Source: a virus | Taxonomy: Duplodnaviria > Caudoviricetes | Virus record (IMG/VR): IMGVR_UViG_3300017722_003002 | Span: 1 to 27,618 of that record | Length of the DNA stretch: 27,618 nt | Strand: one strand, 5' to 3' | Part shown: piece after piece, positions 26,968-27,618 of the stretch | Position numbering within the stretch: position 1 is the stretch's first letter | How the letters are laid out: each line of letters starts with the position of its first letter | Notes under the pieces: generated by a model | Seen by the model: only the letters and a program-made list of their open reading frames with translations | Databases searched by the model: none | Told to the model about the DNA's origin: nothing | Translations under genes and position numbers: made by a program

Positions 26968-27140
26968 GTGAAATGACAAAAGTAATGGATGAGTTGGATG
27001 AGCAGATTAATAAGGTGTTGCATGAGCAGACAGCTATGCGGACACAGATCGCGTTGTTGCAACAAGCGGCAGATGCGGCTTATGCAAGAGGGTACGCGGA
27101 TGGGTTGCGGGTAGGTGCAGGTAGTAAGGAGGTGCATTAA
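26964..27140 (+). CDS. Hypothetical coiled-coil protein, 58 aa (AYARGYADG)
   Basis: Not in the ORF track. ATGA overlap, TAA at 27138-27140, fills the gap. Confidence 0.6.
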   Translation: MSEMTKVMDELDEQINKVLHEQTAMRTQIALLQQAADAAYARGYADGLRVGAGSKEVH

Positions 27141-27142
27141 AG

Positions 27143-27433
27143 ATGAGAACAGCAATTATACTTTGCGCCTTAGTAGGTGCGTGTTCATCAACGCCCCCCG
27201 CCCCTGCGCCTGTGGTGTACCGTGAGGCACCCGCCAAGCCATCGCATTTCCAAGAAATGGTAGTGCAAAGAGAGGTGCATCCGATGGACAGGTCAGCGTC
27301 GATAGAGGCGGTGCAGGAGTGCAGAAACAGCAACATGAGGCCGCGGATGATCTACAGCTACACCGTGCTCAATGGGCAACGGGTGCCGGTGGTCATAGAT
27401 GTGATTTGTTCATCAGTTGAGATTAAAAGATGA
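27143..27433 (+). CDS. Putative lipoprotein
   Basis: SD AAGGAGG; signal peptide MRTAIILCALVGA-C with lipobox, then a Pro-rich linker and two further Cys. Confidence 0.75.
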   Translation: MRTAIILCALVGACSSTPPAPAPVVYREAPAKPSHFQEMVVQREVHPMDRSASIEAVQECRNSNMRPRMIYSYTVLNGQRVPVVIDVICSSVEIKR

Positions 27434-27594
27434 TTGAAGCGATCAAAACATTCTTTGGCAAGTTGCGGGGGCAGCATGGGGCAAAGTGGGCAGTGATTGA
27501 GGAGGGGTTGCTGTACAGATGCACCAAATGCCATTTGATCTTCACAACCAAATCAGCGGCGAGTGAGCACGCATGTATGGAGAAGAACATATGA
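27430..27594 (+). CDS. Small zinc-finger protein, 54 aa
   Basis: Not in the ORF track. ATGA overlap; YRCTKCHLIFTTKSAASEHAC. Confidence 0.6.
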   Translation: MIEAIKTFFGKLRGQHGAKWAVIEEGLLYRCTKCHLIFTTKSAASEHACMEKNI

Positions 27595-27618
27595 GCTATC
27601 TTGTTTCATCATTACCGC

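Noticed and set aside
1-27618. Minus-strand and alternate-frame ORFs in the track (e.g. 223-717, 2989-3399, 19440-20165, 23371-23904)
   Set aside because: They overlap well-supported + strand genes, show no recognisable motifs, and the + strand genes already tile the window with coupled overlaps.
1-27618. tRNA/rRNA genes, integrase, transposase, introns or inteins
   Set aside because: No cloverleaf or recombinase motifs were seen by eye, and the polymerase and helicases are uninterrupted. A tRNAscan/Infernal run would be needed to exclude RNA genes formally.

Overview
A 27.6-kb segment of a tailed dsDNA phage genome with every credible gene on the + strand. It is probably podovirus-like, judging from the large internal/ejection-type proteins. 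Layout: (1) 1-9714, the end of a late/virion module: two very large putative internal virion proteins and three smaller genes, closed by an intrinsic terminator. (2) ~9790-10095, an AT-rich non-coding region that looks like a replication origin (13-bp inverted repeat, phased CTAATA repeats, perfect DnaA box). (3) 10099-16432, replication genes: SNF2 helicase, SSB-like protein, AEP primase, UvrD-like helicase. (4) 18053-25118, a complete 7-deazaguanine DNA-modification cluster (queE, queD, queC, folE, queF, dpdA) followed directly by a beta-clamp-like gene and a family A DNA polymerase; the predicted base is preQ1 in DNA. (5) 25120-end, small early-type genes. The most unusual observations are: an apparent virion polyprotein divided by repeated F-A-[DE]-G-G-x-V-[KR]-M-x-D-G-G linkers that flank an outer-membrane-like beta-barrel ending in Phe; a DpdA with a C-terminal clamp-binding motif next to the phage's own clamp; a wHTH-QueF fusion; a QueC lacking all Zn-site cysteines; an H-type pseudoknot before the SSB gene; and a loop-E-containing RNA structure before the primase gene. 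All calls come from reading motifs by eye; no searches were run.
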